DNA from: Carcharhinus amblyrhynchos
Lineage: Eukaryota
Assembly (NCBI GenBank): GCA_965287045.1
Contig: OZ336875.1
Coordinates: 51,398,001 to 51,462,000, forward strand
Length of the DNA: 64,000 bases
Reading direction: 5' to 3'
Shown: positions 62,876-64,000 of the stretch, piece by piece
How positions within the stretch are numbered: position 1 is the first letter of the stretch
How the letters are laid out: each line of letters begins with the position of its first letter
The notes under the pieces: generated by a model
Seen by the model: only the letters and a program-made list of their open reading frames with translations
The model's database searches: none
What the model was told of the DNA's origin: nothing
Position numbers and translations under genes: made by a program

Positions 62876-63039
62876 GTTCCAATTTCTCTCTGTCACATGG
62901 TCAAACACCACCTACCATTCACAAATGTTGGAAGGATTTCCAGGTTAATAATGAACTTGTTTGACCATGGTATGGCTGATGCTGTGTCAGAGGACCTTCC
63001 ACAGTGAACTGGTTGGAAAGAAAATTTAAACCAGAAGGT

Positions 63040-63300
63040 TCATTTTGTGAAAAATAGTGAAATCAGAGAGCGGTTCTTCATACAAAAGTAATAGGAATCT
63101 GGAACTTACTCCACTGAACAGCTGTGGATGTTGTGTCAGTTGAAGCTTTCAAGCTAGGTCTACCCATTTTTATGCTGTAAGGGTTTCAGACAGATATGGG
63201 ACAAAGGTAGGTAAATGAGCTTGAGGTACAGATCAGCCACAAGCTAATTGAATTGTGGCAGAACCAGCACAAGTGGCTGAATAACCTCTTGTTGCGGTAT
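63040..63300 (+). mobile_element. Old CR1 3' end
   Basis: TTCTTCATACAAAAGTAATAGGAATCTGGAAC...GAGGTACAGATCAGCCAC...AATTGAAT. Confidence 0.75.
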
Positions 63301-64000
63301 GCATTTTCAATTACCCACATGAACATTTGGTGAGGGAAGCATTGGATTTGCCTGTGATGGTCCCCTGAATATTGTTACCCTTTCCAAGCTCACATTAGAC
63401 AGAGTCCCCAATTTAGCAAAGTGCTATTGATGGCTGCAGTGCCTACAGGACTGTACTCACATGAGCTGGAACCTTCAGGATAGGACAGACAGAACTGAGA
63501 TGGTAAAAGAAGATAAACATGCAATGGTAGATTTTCACATACATTGCCTGACTGTTAACTTTGTGAAGCAGATCACATGCTCGTGATAGAGCTTGTCTAA
63601 TTTTCATTGTATAACATCAGAAAGTCAGTAAAATTGATATTGGGCCATGTCTGCAAGTCTGGATTGATTTAGTCTGGGTGGTGAAAGGAATAGCATATCC
63701 TGAGCAGCTCAGCAGAAAAGTAATCTTCCACAACATGACCATTACACACAAAAGGTAAAGAGAAGGATTACCTTTACTAGCAATAGGGTTGAACAATGCA
63801 AAATTAAACAATTTTTGTCCTTTAAAAATCAGTTATATAGTCATTCCAGGGTGATGTATATATTTTATTTTTCTGCTTCTTTTGCGTGATATGCTTCATA
63901 ATTAATAGAGTTTGTTGGTAGATGAGTGGGGGCTGTGGTGATTTGAGTGTGAAGCTAGTAGTGCAAATTAGCATGATGTGGCATTTGAAGATACATTCAC

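Noticed and set aside
1-64000. CRISPR array, prokaryotic operon or host protein-coding gene
   Set aside because: No regularly spaced repeat-spacer array, no gene-dense organisation and no recognisable non-TE exon; small exons could be missed by eye.

Overview
Eukaryotic, CpG-depleted, repeat-dense DNA with no recognisable host protein-coding exon, so probably a large intron or gene desert. The repeat inventory points to a cartilaginous fish (shark); this is an inference. It includes about 19 HE1-type tRNA-derived SINEs, Deu-domain SINEs, CR1, L2, Crack/Daphne-like, Rex1/Babar, RTE and Tx1 LINE fragments, Penelope-like elements, a Gypsy remnant, and PIF/Harbinger fossils and MITEs. Almost all listed ORFs are repeat-derived or chance. 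Most notable: (i) Penelope-derived inverted repeats carrying minimal hammerhead-ribozyme motifs, including a near-perfect hairpin with 85-bp arms at 61052-61230 and one apparently intact core; (ii) an HE1-type SINE present with two alternative 3' tails, one CR1-like and one sharing the Rex1/Babar 3' stem-loop; (iii) a fossil two-gene Harbinger (Myb/SANT ORF plus HARBI1-like transposase) at about 57.9-62.1 kb; (iv) a SINE split by a ~235-bp copy of downstream DNA; (v) a young CR1 copy with a single stop codon. There is an assembly gap at 49643-49771. Family names come from motif recognition by eye, not database searches, and most boundaries are approximate.
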